Assembly: GCF_000315625.1 (NCBI RefSeq)
Contig: NW_005434433.1
Coordinates: 1-41,123 of the forward strand
Direction of reading: 5' to 3'
Source of the DNA: Guillardia theta CCMP2712
Lineage: Eukaryota; Protista; Cryptophyta
Length of the DNA: 41,123 nucleotides
Positions 9,015 to 19,100 of the stretch are shown here, piece by piece. Numbering within the stretch: position 1 is the first letter of the stretch; each line of letters opens with the position of its first letter. The notes under the pieces were generated by a model that had not been told where the DNA came from, ran no database searches, and saw nothing but the letters and a program-made list of their open reading frames with translations. The position numbers were made by a program, and so were the translations under genes.

Positions 9015-9248
9015 ATGTCGACCGAACTCTCTCTTCAAGAATTGTCGCATGAATTCAGAACCTCATGCAAGGCAAAGTACGATGCTGTGAAAGAGTTAAA
9101 CTGCGGATGTTTTCAAGTGTTGAACGACAATTGCACTAATCCGGAGTCATACAACATTGTTTATTGTTCCGACACCCATCACAACACGCTATGTGAGGAA
9201 TGTATGAGTGACTTCATTTTCTGGCAGCTATCGGAAGCTTGTCAATAA
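9015..9248 (+). CDS. Small Cys/His-rich, probably zinc-binding protein
   Basis: C-terminal CSDTHHNTLCEEC. The ATG at 8931 lies inside the palindrome arm, and TATTTAAG at 8979-8986 favours a start at 9015. Stop overlaps AATAAA. Confidence 0.55.
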   Translation: MSTELSLQELSHEFRTSCKAKYDAVKELNCGCFQVLNDNCTNPESYNIVYCSDTHHNTLCEECMSDFIFWQLSEACQ

Positions 9249-9252
9249 AACT

Positions 9253-9987
9253 CTAAGAAACAACACACTTCATTTTGTCTATGGTGTGAAACACGGTGTA
9301 TGTGACATACAGAGCTGCGTTGGTGGCTCCAATGAAAAAGTACATGAAGTATTCAAGCCAGACGGTTGTAGTCTTGCAGTCGCCGTACTTGTAGAGCAGT
9401 GCATTGAGGGTGAGAATGACCAATGTGACGATAGACAATACTCGACATATCCATAGCCAGATGGTAGCACGCAAGTTGTCAATGACGTCCTTTGCCGAAA
9501 AAGCAAACGCGAGCAGGAGTTGACCAAATATGAAGGCGGTGCAGAGCTGTAGAGCACCGAGGATGTGCATGTTATGCTGTCGGTCAATCTCGTGCTGGAA
9601 GTCGACAGGGGATAGGTTGCTGGCTATGTCCTGATCGTACATGAGGACATTCAACGCACCCGAGAATGCCACGACGGCAAGGATTGTGCAAGGAACTCGG
9701 GAGATGATGTCACCCGGTTGGAAGCGGGAGGCGATGGACACAAGTACAAACCATGTGGGGTACATGAGAAAGACCATGACGCTGGCCACCCCCTTCTGCA
9801 CGGAGATGTTCTCACTGATGTACCTGTATTTGTCGCAGTATGGCAGGTTGTTGTTGTAGATGAATGGCTCGGAGAACATGAGGATGAAAAAGAGACAGAT
9901 ATGCCCAAAGAGCACTGCCCCTTCCATGCATGTGAGCTCAAGGAGATCGTTCCAAAACACATAGGACCACAGTCCGGCAAAACTCAT
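9253..9987 (-). CDS. Frag1/DRAM/Sfk1-like multi-pass membrane protein
   Basis: About 6 TM segments, with family-like motifs YISE after TM1, HILGA in TM4 and LEY in the last TM. Confidence 0.6.
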   Translation of the reverse strand: MSFAGLWSYVFWNDLLELTCMEGAVLFGHICLFFILMFSEPFIYNNNLPYCDKYRYISENISVQKGVASVMVFLMYPTWFVLVSIASRFQPGDIISRVPCTILAVVAFSGALNVLMYDQDIASNLSPVDFQHEIDRQHNMHILGALQLCTAFIFGQLLLAFAFSAKDVIDNLRATIWLWICRVLSIVTLVILTLNALLYKYGDCKTTTVWLEYFMYFFIGATNAALYVTYTVFHTIDKMKCVVS

Positions 9988-10091
9988 TTTACTGGGAACA
10001 AGTAAATGAATTATATAGTAAAAAAAAGAGGGGAGAGAGGGTATATGAAGGGCGGGGAAGGGAGTGATTTTCCAAAGACAGTGCCACGGCC

Positions 10092-11615
10092 ATGTCTGCC
10101 ACGTTTCTCAACCCAAACAATATTTGGCGGGAAATGTGCAACTTTCCATCAAGCAGCTCAAGCCCTGATAACCTCATTCTCTGTGTAAACCTCGACGACA
10201 TATTCTGCAGCACCGAGACATACAGCAGCAACAAAGCAAAGAGAAGCTGGAAGAACAACGAGTCAAAGTGCCTGAACTGCAACCTCGCTGTAATCACCCC
10301 TTACAGTGCAGGATTTTCTAAGGCACCGTACTATGGACAAGGGAAGGCCACGCCTGAGGCACAGCCCTTGAGCAAGATGGTGGTCGACGACACTGGTCGT
10401 TCCATGTCCCTGTATTCCTTTATGAGGGACAAGAATGCAAAGTACCGCGGACCGATATGTCCTGAGCTGACGGGGAGCATCATGGAAGGGAGCTCCTTGC
10501 GCTTCATGGTGACGGAGCACACGTTTGAGTTTGAGAATGAGAAGGCGACCACTCAGAAGAAGCTCTTTCCCGACGTGGATGTCATCCCTGCGTTCTCTAC
10601 CCTGCTGGTCTCTGTGCGTGTGAGGAACAACCTCAAGGCGCAGGACGGTGAGATGTTGAAGATCACCTGCATCGAGTTTGCCAACCGCGGTCTCAATGCC
10701 TTCCTCCCGGTGTTGGACCGCCTCCCCACAAGCCTGGATCACCAGAACCAGATCAACGATAGATGCAGGCAATTTTCTTCCTGTCAGAACCTTTTTTCCA
10801 AGAACGGTGATTTTTTCATGTGCCCAAAAGCCTCCGAATCATCGGTTTTCCAAGTGGATAACGATCATAAGGTGATCAAGGTGTTCAACTGGCACCACAG
10901 CAACAGTGGTGAGGCAATCGAACAAGTGGACATCCCCTTTTACGTGGTGGAGAAGCAGCTCAATTTCAAATGCATGGAGAAGGCGAGGAGGTTGCTGGAG
11001 CTTGTGAGCAGCCTTGGTTGCCTTGCGCTATTCGTGGGCAAGAACAAGGTCTATACGAAGAACGGCGGCTCGGACAACGTGCCTGGACTCTCATCGTTTC
11101 GCTGCATCCCTGTAATCCGTTACCACAAGATGTTCGGCATGGAACATGATCAGGAGAATAGTCTGATCTCGAGCATTGCAAACGTTTGCAACAACCGGGA
11201 GCACCCATTCACACAGGTGTTGCATAATGGGTACCAAGTGGAGTATGATCCTACGGCGAACTTCCTCCTCGTCAACACTGGGAAGCGTCTTGCGTATGAG
11301 CGCGAAGGCGCCCTGGTGTCCCGAGAGATATGCTTCCGCTTCGATCTGCTCGTCTTTGTAGACAACACGGTGAGCGACATGGATGTTTGTGATGGCAATA
11401 CGGATACCCAGATCTATCACAAGTCGATGAAACTTCGCAAGTACACCAGGATCCACGTGGACCTTGGGCCCGATGGCGAGGATGGGAGATCCAAGCTGGA
11501 CTACATCTGCCTGGTTATGGACATCAACAGTTACAACGTGCAGAGCAACAGCACCGCCCTACCTATGAAGCGCAAGAGTGTGGAGGAGGAGGATGATGAC
11601 TCGTTTGATGATTGA
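10092..11615 (+). CDS. Hypothetical protein with basic-then-acidic C-terminal tail (possible ssDNA-binding/replication accessory protein)
   Basis: 507-aa ORF ending KRKSVEEEDDDSFDD; AATAAA at ~11640. Function is a guess from the tail only. Confidence 0.7.
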   Translation: MSATFLNPNNIWREMCNFPSSSSSPDNLILCVNLDDIFCSTETYSSNKAKRSWKNNESKCLNCNLAVITPYSAGFSKAPYYGQGKATPEAQPLSKMVVDDTGRSMSLYSFMRDKNAKYRGPICPELTGSIMEGSSLRFMVTEHTFEFENEKATTQKKLFPDVDVIPAFSTLLVSVRVRNNLKAQDGEMLKITCIEFANRGLNAFLPVLDRLPTSLDHQNQINDRCRQFSSCQNLFSKNGDFFMCPKASESSVFQVDNDHKVIKVFNWHHSNSGEAIEQVDIPFYVVEKQLNFKCMEKARRLLELVSSLGCLALFVGKNKVYTKNGGSDNVPGLSSFRCIPVIRYHKMFGMEHDQENSLISSIANVCNNREHPFTQVLHNGYQVEYDPTANFLLVNTGKRLAYEREGALVSREICFRFDLLVFVDNTVSDMDVCDGNTDTQIYHKSMKLRKYTRIHVDLGPDGEDGRSKLDYICLVMDINSYNVQSNSTALPMKRKSVEEEDDDSFDD

Positions 11616-11666
11616 ATCGATTGAGTTGTGGTAAATTGTAATAAATTACGAAGTTACCGGAGCTAT

Positions 11667-11951
11667 CTATGCATGGTTGGGCTTGCGCTTGGGGTAGCTC
11701 CAATACACGAGATCACCGGGGGTCAGGTTCTTCCAGAGTGCCCGTAGACTTCCAGAGTATGTGGAATGGCTGGAGAGGTTGCCCGCCTTGAAGACCAGCA
11801 CGTTGAAACGCTTGAGGGACTTCTCTCTCACCTGCTGGCGTTGCTCGGCAAGGATCTTCACGAATGGTTCCAGGGCAGGTTCCTTCACGCCCTTGGGGTA
11901 CTTCTGTAGTTCGTTTGCTTCTCCGTTGTTCACAATTTTGGCCCAGGGCAT
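11667..11951 (-). CDS. Small basic protein (likely paralogue of the 11930-12319 gene)
   Basis: 94 aa; TATTTAAG 25 nt upstream; shares the pattern LV[FW]K..H..NxxPGD..K-rich with its neighbour. Confidence 0.7.
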   Translation of the reverse strand: MPWAKIVNNGEANELQKYPKGVKEPALEPFVKILAEQRQQVREKSLKRFNVLVFKAGNLSSHSTYSGSLRALWKNLTPGDLVYWSYPKRKPNHA

Positions 11952-12319
11952 TGTGTATCAGTAGTTTGATGCGACCTTAAATATTGATTCTTTTTTTTGG
12001 GTTTGAATTTGCGTTGGTTGATCACATCTCCCGGCCTGGCATTGAGAAGGTAGTTGTAGTAGGACTCGATTGTGTACAGCGGTGTGGGATTGTGCTTGTC
12101 TTTAGAATTGGATTTCCATACCAGAAACTCAAGTAGCTGCTTTCTCTCCTTGGCGATCGAGATCTCGCGTTGGATGATGGCATTGATCTGATCGTCGGGC
12201 AGCCCAAGGATTTGTGACACTTCCGTAGCGGTTGGAACAGGGTCCTGTTTCCATGATGCCCTCTGGAGCTTGCGAAATCCCTTCTCTTTGTTGTCAATCT
12301 TGGTAACAGTAAACCACAT
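11930..12319 (-). CDS. Small basic protein
   Basis: 129 aa; TATTTAAA 24 nt upstream on the - strand (12343-12350). Confidence 0.72.
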   Translation of the reverse strand: MWFTVTKIDNKEKGFRKLQRASWKQDPVPTATEVSQILGLPDDQINAIIQREISIAKERKQLLEFLVWKSNSKDKHNPTPLYTIESYYNYLLNARPGDVINQRKFKPKKKNQYLRSHQTTDTQCPGPKL

Positions 12320-12378
12320 TTTCTGGGACAGCGCGGTGTGTGTTTAAATATCGAAGCGTCTACGAGTGTGAATTGAGT

Positions 12379-12750
12379 ATGAGGGAAGTGGACATTGGAA
12401 GGAACCTACTGATACTAGCTGGAAAAAGCTGGGACCATGAGATGAACCCCTGTTGCAAGGCCATGATTGGGCACCTTGTTCGCCGGGAGTGCTACTGCTC
12501 CTGGTTTCAGCCCATGGGTGGGTCTGTGTTCGACCAGTTCCCAGCCATCCGGATCGGAGAGAAGTACTTCACGCTAAGCCTCAGGGTCCAGAAGGCCATG
12601 TTCCGGCATGTGCGGTTGACCAAGAATTTCAACAATGTCGAGCGGCTCCCTGATGGCAACCTGAAGCTCCGCATACCCACCCAACTCCTTATGGAGAAGC
12701 AGCGGACGGCGTCGCGGTTTAATGTATTGCAAATGTGCATTGTATTTTAG
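12379..12750 (+). CDS. Hypothetical protein (possibly spliced via 12724-12771 to the next ORF)
   Basis: ATG at 12379 (MREVDIG), divergent from the 12319 gene; candidate 48-nt GT-AG intron near its end. Confidence 0.6.
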   Translation: MREVDIGRNLLILAGKSWDHEMNPCCKAMIGHLVRRECYCSWFQPMGGSVFDQFPAIRIGEKYFTLSLRVQKAMFRHVRLTKNFNNVERLPDGNLKLRIPTQLLMEKQRTASRFNVLQMCIVF

Positions 12751-12774
12751 GACCTTAATGTTTCCTTGTAGGTT

Positions 12775-13137
12775 ATGCGAAGCAAGGACGGAAGTGAGCA
12801 GCCATGTAAGAGAGCAAGGTTGGACAAGAAGTGGAACACCACAGAAGTGTTGGATATCACCGATATCATCGACAACATCCTGATGCCTATGAAGGACAAG
12901 GCGACCTACACCACCTTCGGGTTGAACGAACTGGAAACAGCGGAGACCATCCTCCATCACCTGCTCAGGGAGTGTCCCAAGCTGACGCAGTCGAGGACAG
13001 ATTTTGTCAGGTATACAAGGTGTGGGACACGGGGGCTGCCTACATCTCTAACTACCAGCTCTACCCCGACCTGCAGAACCTTGGATTCATCATCGACAAT
13101 GTGTACAACCCCTCGTTCATCCAGCAATCGGTGCTGA
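12775..13137 (+). CDS. Short ORF or exon with NLS-like KRARLDKK; coding-like only to ~13005
   Basis: G/C-ending codons up to ~13000, after which the coding bias moves to the giant-ORF frame. Confidence 0.45.
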   Translation: MRSKDGSEQPCKRARLDKKWNTTEVLDITDIIDNILMPMKDKATYTTFGLNELETAETILHHLLRECPKLTQSRTDFVRYTRCGTRGLPTSLTTSSTPTCRTLDSSSTMCTTPRSSSNRC

Positions 13138-16100
13138 ATTGCTTCTCCGAGTCCGTGCGCGTGGGAACCGGAACGGATGCCTGCCTCCTCGGCTACCTCA
13201 CCCTGATGAACACAAGCCGTGTGAATTACTTCCTGTATAGCATCGCAAGCTTCTCCTCCGACAATGCGGACTATGCAGACATCGATGGCTGCGAGGTCTT
13301 CACGGGTCCGGCACAGAACCCCAATCCGGCGATTGCCCACGAGTTCAGCCAGTGCCTCAGCACCTCGCTCTCCTCACAGTGCCAGCTCCCACAATACATC
13401 TGGTCGGGGAGGACGAGCAACCGCGTCCCGATCGCCTCGCTGCATGCGGTGAGCTACGTGCCCGGATCGCAGGCCCTGTACCAATCCGTTCAGGACGAGT
13501 ACGATGCGGTGGCGGCGGAGGCCAGGGCGCTATTCACACCCGAGGTGCTGGGCTGGTCCAACACAGAGCTGGACCTCAACTTCTTCTCGATGGAGGGGGA
13601 TGTCATCCACCAGCTCTTCGACTGTTACTTCCTAGGGCCGTTCTCCGCAGCCGAGCTCTGGCCGTCGGGCGGATCGCGCTCGCTTCAGGTCCTTCAGTAC
13701 TACCGTTCCTCTACCCTGGATCGCACATTCCAGATTCCATCGGCAGGCTGCGACCCGGCACAAGACGCATGCTGCCCACAGGTCTCTCCCTTCTCCTGCG
13801 GCGGGCCGGGAAGGATGGCAATTATCCACAGCTTCATCCAGACGCTGAAGAGATTCAACACCGATAGCAGCAACAACCTGCTCCGACAGGCCGTGCAGAA
13901 TGGAGTGAGGGCGAAGCTGAGGCAATTCCGCGATGTCCTCACAAACACCCTCCTCTTTGGCTGCCAGTGCGGAGACGGAACGAACAACCTCCGTTGCTGC
14001 AAGGCCAACGAGCCGGACCTCTGGACTTCGAAGGACATCCAGGGCATCAACTTTGACATCCTAGAGACGGAGGATGTGCTCTCGGGCATCTACGAGAAGA
14101 TCAACCAGCACATCATCGACATCTACACCAATGTGACAATGTTCAATGAATACTCCTCCAACCTCACGGAGAGCCAGAAGACGCAGGCCAAGGATGAGTC
14201 CCTGTTTGACACCTCGAAACCCATCCTCCGGTACGACACGGAGGACATACTCGACCCGAAATCGTCGCAGAACCTCTGGCAGGTGTGCACCAACGTTCTC
14301 TCGCAGACCTTTGCCGTCCTCCCTCTCAACAGCACGCTGGACGGGCTTGCCCTCGACACCATCTACAGCGCCTACCAGCACGATGCCACTGCGAACCCCT
14401 CCTCGGCATACGTTGACGGCATCGAGGAGACGGTACAGACACTGCTCTCCAAGGCCAAGGCAGAGTCGCCGTTCTATCACGGATTCAGGGGAGGGGATGT
14501 GAGGTACATGCCATCCAAGAGCCAGCGGTGCAGGGACTCCCAATCCACAGTCAGGCCTATCGCCTATGACATTCTCCCCTCGGCCTCGGGCAACCGCATC
14601 ACCCNNNNNNNNNNNNNNNNNNNNNNNNNNNNNNNNNNNNNNNNNNNNNNNNNNNNNNNNNNNNNNNNNNNNNNNNNNNNNNNNNNNNNNNNNNNNNNNN
14701 NNNNCCGCTGCTACTGCGGTTGGAAATCCACAGACGGCACAAGCTGCTCTGTTCCCACGGGTGTTTGCCAGACGGCGTCATTGCAGGGGACCGCTCTGGA
14801 TGCCGCCACGACGCAGGAGTTCTNNNNNNNNNNNNNNNNNNNNNNNNNNNNNNNNNNNNNNNNNNNNNNNNNNNNNNNNNNNNNNNNNNNNNNNNNNNNN
14901 NNNNNNNNNNNNNNNNNNNNNNNCGGTTTACCGTAAGATGGAGGAAGTGTGGATGCCCACCTGGGTGTGCAGAGATATGCAGCTGTCGGATGTCTGGGGA
15001 ATTGTGAGCGACACCAAGGTGGACAAGTGGGCCGCGGGGGTGCAGGGCTCCCTCTTGGGGGGTTACGACTTTGACTGGGCGGACCTCCTCACGCATGGCA
15101 CATCTGGGTTGAGGCTTGCCAACATGGATTACCTACAGCAGAACTACCCGGAGTTCCTCAATCCCTCGTCCCGCAAGCACAAACTGTACAATGCAGACAC
15201 CGACACCAGTGCTGCCATCGAGGATTGCATCGATGACACCAACAGCGATCACTCCAGCAATGGGTTCAAGGACTACGTCAAGGACCTGGCAAGGGTGGAT
15301 GCACACTTCCGCGATCATCTGATGCCCATGGCGAGGACGGTTCACTCCTCGTCCACCGAGGCGTTCTGCTCAAGGTTCGTGCTGGAGCTGGCACGGCTGG
15401 AGGCCCTGCTGCACGTAGACGCCATCTATCAATCCACCACACCGAACCCAGAGATAGGGTCACAGAGGACAACGGTGGATCTCTGGAGGCTGCGATGTGT
15501 CACACAGGTGCGGCTTGTCTCGCTCTGCAATCTGCATGGGATCTACGACATTGTGCCATCTGGCGGCCTCTCCGCCACCTTTGACAGCTCCAAGTGCCCC
15601 TATTCTCATTCTGTGAGCTGCACCAATGCCTACGCAACCTCGGACTGCCTTGTGTACTGCGACGGGGTCTTCCACGACCCGTGCCTCTGTGCAAGCCTGC
15701 AGGGTGTGGCATGCAAGGGATACACCTGGTCCGACACCACCGGCACCTGCAAGCTCCCCATCGATCCGCGCACCCTCGACGACGACGACATGCGCCTGTC
15801 CACCATGACCGTGCCAACGGTGGTTCCGAGCGAGGAACTGCAGAACACAGGTCTATCCGCTGCGGACATGCAGACCCTCGCATCCAGCATCAACACCTAC
15901 GAGCAGCAGTATATCGACACCTTCCAGATGACTCTCAACGACAGGCGCAACCTGCAGACGGTGTCGATCCTCGGTGGAAGGCTCGGGGAGGGCCTCCTAG
16001 CAGGGACGACGCTGGGGAGCAACGAGCACGCCGATGCCCTCCTCGACTACTGGCCAAGCCACTGGATCCACCCGACGGGTTACCATGTCACCACCGGCTG

Positions 16101-19100
16101 CCGGCACACGGAGACGGCATACAGGGCATTCGACACCTGGATGTCCGTCGATTACGACACTGCCACCGACGAGCGCTACCTTGTGCTCGACACGCGGAGA
16201 CTGCAGAACGAGACGCTGCTTCGCAATTACTTTGGTGCCGCCTCCACCTGCAGCTCGGCATCCTACGGCATGCCCATGTGGGAGACCAACAACGTGAGGC
16301 TCCAAAGCCGATGGGCCAGCGGGCAGAGGATGGATCCCACACAGCCCATCAAGGCGGACACCGCCCCCTCTGGCACCTTTGTGCAGTCCACGGCTGCAAC
16401 GAGCTGGAGCGATGTCCCAAGCAACGGCCGGCAGTCGGACCAATCCTTCCCATCGTCGGGCATGCTATACCGCTGGTGGCCAGGCATGCTCCCAGCGGTA
16501 TCCTGGCCCCAGTCGAGCACCGACCTGCAGCGCTACCGCCTCCCCAATCACACGGCGGTGGGATGGAACGGGGACTGCGGCCAGACCGACTTCTTTACCT
16601 GCACCGCGGACGGGGACTGCGTCTCACTCTATGGGGAGGGTTTCAAGTGCCTGAGGGCATGGTCGGACGCGGAGGGGAAGGAGATGGACGGGGTGTGCGT
16701 AGTGCAGAATGCATTGGCAATGGAATGCTACCAGAACTATCACTGCGGTGCTTCCGGAAGGGTCTGCACCGGCATGGGAACCTGTGTGGATCCGCACGTC
16801 ATGCTGCGGAACTACGCCCCGTGGCCCGTGGAGATGCATGTCAATTCGGAGGCATGCGGCACGGAGACCCTCGGTCATTCACCCTGGCAGAACTCGCAGG
16901 ACTTCCTCTCCCGGCACGGGCTCTGCGGCTTCCGCTCCTGGTTCGAGTACGAGCAGCTGATCGCCCGCTCCGGGGTTGCGGGTGCTGCAACAGCGACACT
17001 GGCAAATATCCCCGATGACATCCAATGGCCCAGCACAGACCCATACCTCACCGACGCGCAGATACGGCTCGACATGTTCGACCGCGGGATCCTGAAGATG
17101 GAGCCTCACACCTGCGATATGGACTACCAGTTCCAGTTCCCATCCTGTGTCGGCAATCCATCCACCACCGTTGACAGCGTCGGGATCCCCTTGCCGGTGG
17201 AGGCACAGGGGGAGACTACCAGGACCTGGGTCTCGTCGGGTGACAACAAGTGGTCCCTGCAGCTCTGCAAGCTCGGCAGCCTGGAGAGGAAGAGGACGGG
17301 ATTCCTGGCCCCTTACCAGGGGTACAACCGTGAGGACTCCTTTGGGAACATATCCCTCTCCCTCTCCATGTGCTCCGAACTGCAGATCTGCTTCTTGCAG
17401 GACTTCTATGTCATGGGATACAAGATGCAGGGCAGGTTGATCAACAGGCTCAACCTGCAGAACCTTGGCACGAGGAGGGACGCCTACACCCTGCAGGACG
17501 CGCTGTATTGCGGCAGTGCCGGATATCTTGTGGATCTGTCAACCTCCTCCACAACCCTCACGGATGGGGTCCCATGCCGTATGGACCCATTGACCAACCC
17601 CATCGCGCGCATGCTATGCGAGGACTACGACGTCCTCAAGGCCTCCTGTCAGTTCAATCCTTCGTACATCAACGAGCAGGCAGTAGGCACCCTCTGCCGC
17701 TACTACAAATACAGCTATGCATTGGCAGACCGGAACAAGGTGGCAAGCGCGTTGAACGACATCCTGCTCCGTGGTTTCAAGCGAGGTTTCAACACCTGGG
17801 AGGAGTACCAGCAGCAGGCAGTGTGCATCGCGAATGTGTACAATACGATGTCGCTCTACGCGCAGTCCGAATCAACCAACGAGGCAACACAGTGGTATGC
17901 ATACGAGTTCGAGCCCGGGGTGCCCACCTACTTCTACCCCTACATGACGCTGTACTTTTATGATGACGCCTCACAGATGGAGATCCCGATGAAGTGGTGG
18001 GCGCAGTGCGTCATTCTAGACGGCGACGTGAACATCGACGGCATGATCGCCGGCAACATCGATCAAGTGCCCTGTGCGGGCTGGAAGAACTCACACACCG
18101 CGGGCTATCAACCATCGACGGTGAGGCAATTCCTGATGATGGCCAATGCGCTGTACCTGCAATCATCGAGGCGGGCGGTGGTGAACCAAGACCAGATTGC
18201 CCTCAGCATCTACGACACGCTGTACTCGAAGCTGCTCCAAGCGCAGGCCGACGTCACGGCAGCGATGGGCTATTCCTCGCACCCTGAGTACATCAACCTG
18301 ACTTACGTGCAGCTGCGCAAGCTCCAGAGCCGTTACAACCACGATTGGGCGTACAACCAATACACCACCTCGAGCGATGTCATCTCCGACAGCACCAAGA
18401 TCACCAACACGGACCCTGTCTATCAGGACGACGGCGGGCTCCCAGCCGACGACGGAATCCCAGCGCTGCTCACCCAGGTCCTGCACTTCATCCTCAGCGG
18501 TGACATCAACCTGGGATACGCCGCTGCCAACTCGGGGGTGAACCGCACGGCGAGGGCAAACCTGGCATTCCAGAGGGCGGATTTCGCGGCAGACTTCCTC
18601 TCGCGAGACAAGCAGTACTTCGATGCCACCAGCGGCATCCTGCAGTACAACTTCCCGAATATCTTCCGGCGATTCCTAGACTCGGAGCTCGACTCGATCC
18701 TGTCCTCCGTGCTGCGTGAAGATGAGCCGCTGGAGGATTTTACCTACGGAGACGTGCAATACAACGGTGCACTGTTTCGAAAGTATCAGAGCCTCATACG
18801 GGACAACACGCTGCAAACCACCGCATGTCTGTACAGCAACTTCCCCAATTACGAGCCTGGGATCACCAAGAACCTAGATCAAGATCCCGAGGTGCGACTC
18901 TGTGACTCTGCGCAGAACTGCCGTTCCATCAATGTCTGCAATCCAACCCCATCCTACGACCAACGCACGGGGCAGTCCTGCGATTTGCTTCATGCTTCGC
19001 AGGATGACAGGTGCACCAACACGTACCTTAACGCCCCAGGGGTGAACGGTGGGAATAACATCTCCATGCAGACGCATTGCAAGCAGTTCCTCTTTGTGCG

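Noticed and set aside
14605-14923. Apparent frameshifts splitting the giant gene into 12831-14936 and 14566-25740
   Set aside because: Frame changes occur across 100-N scaffold gaps of arbitrary length.
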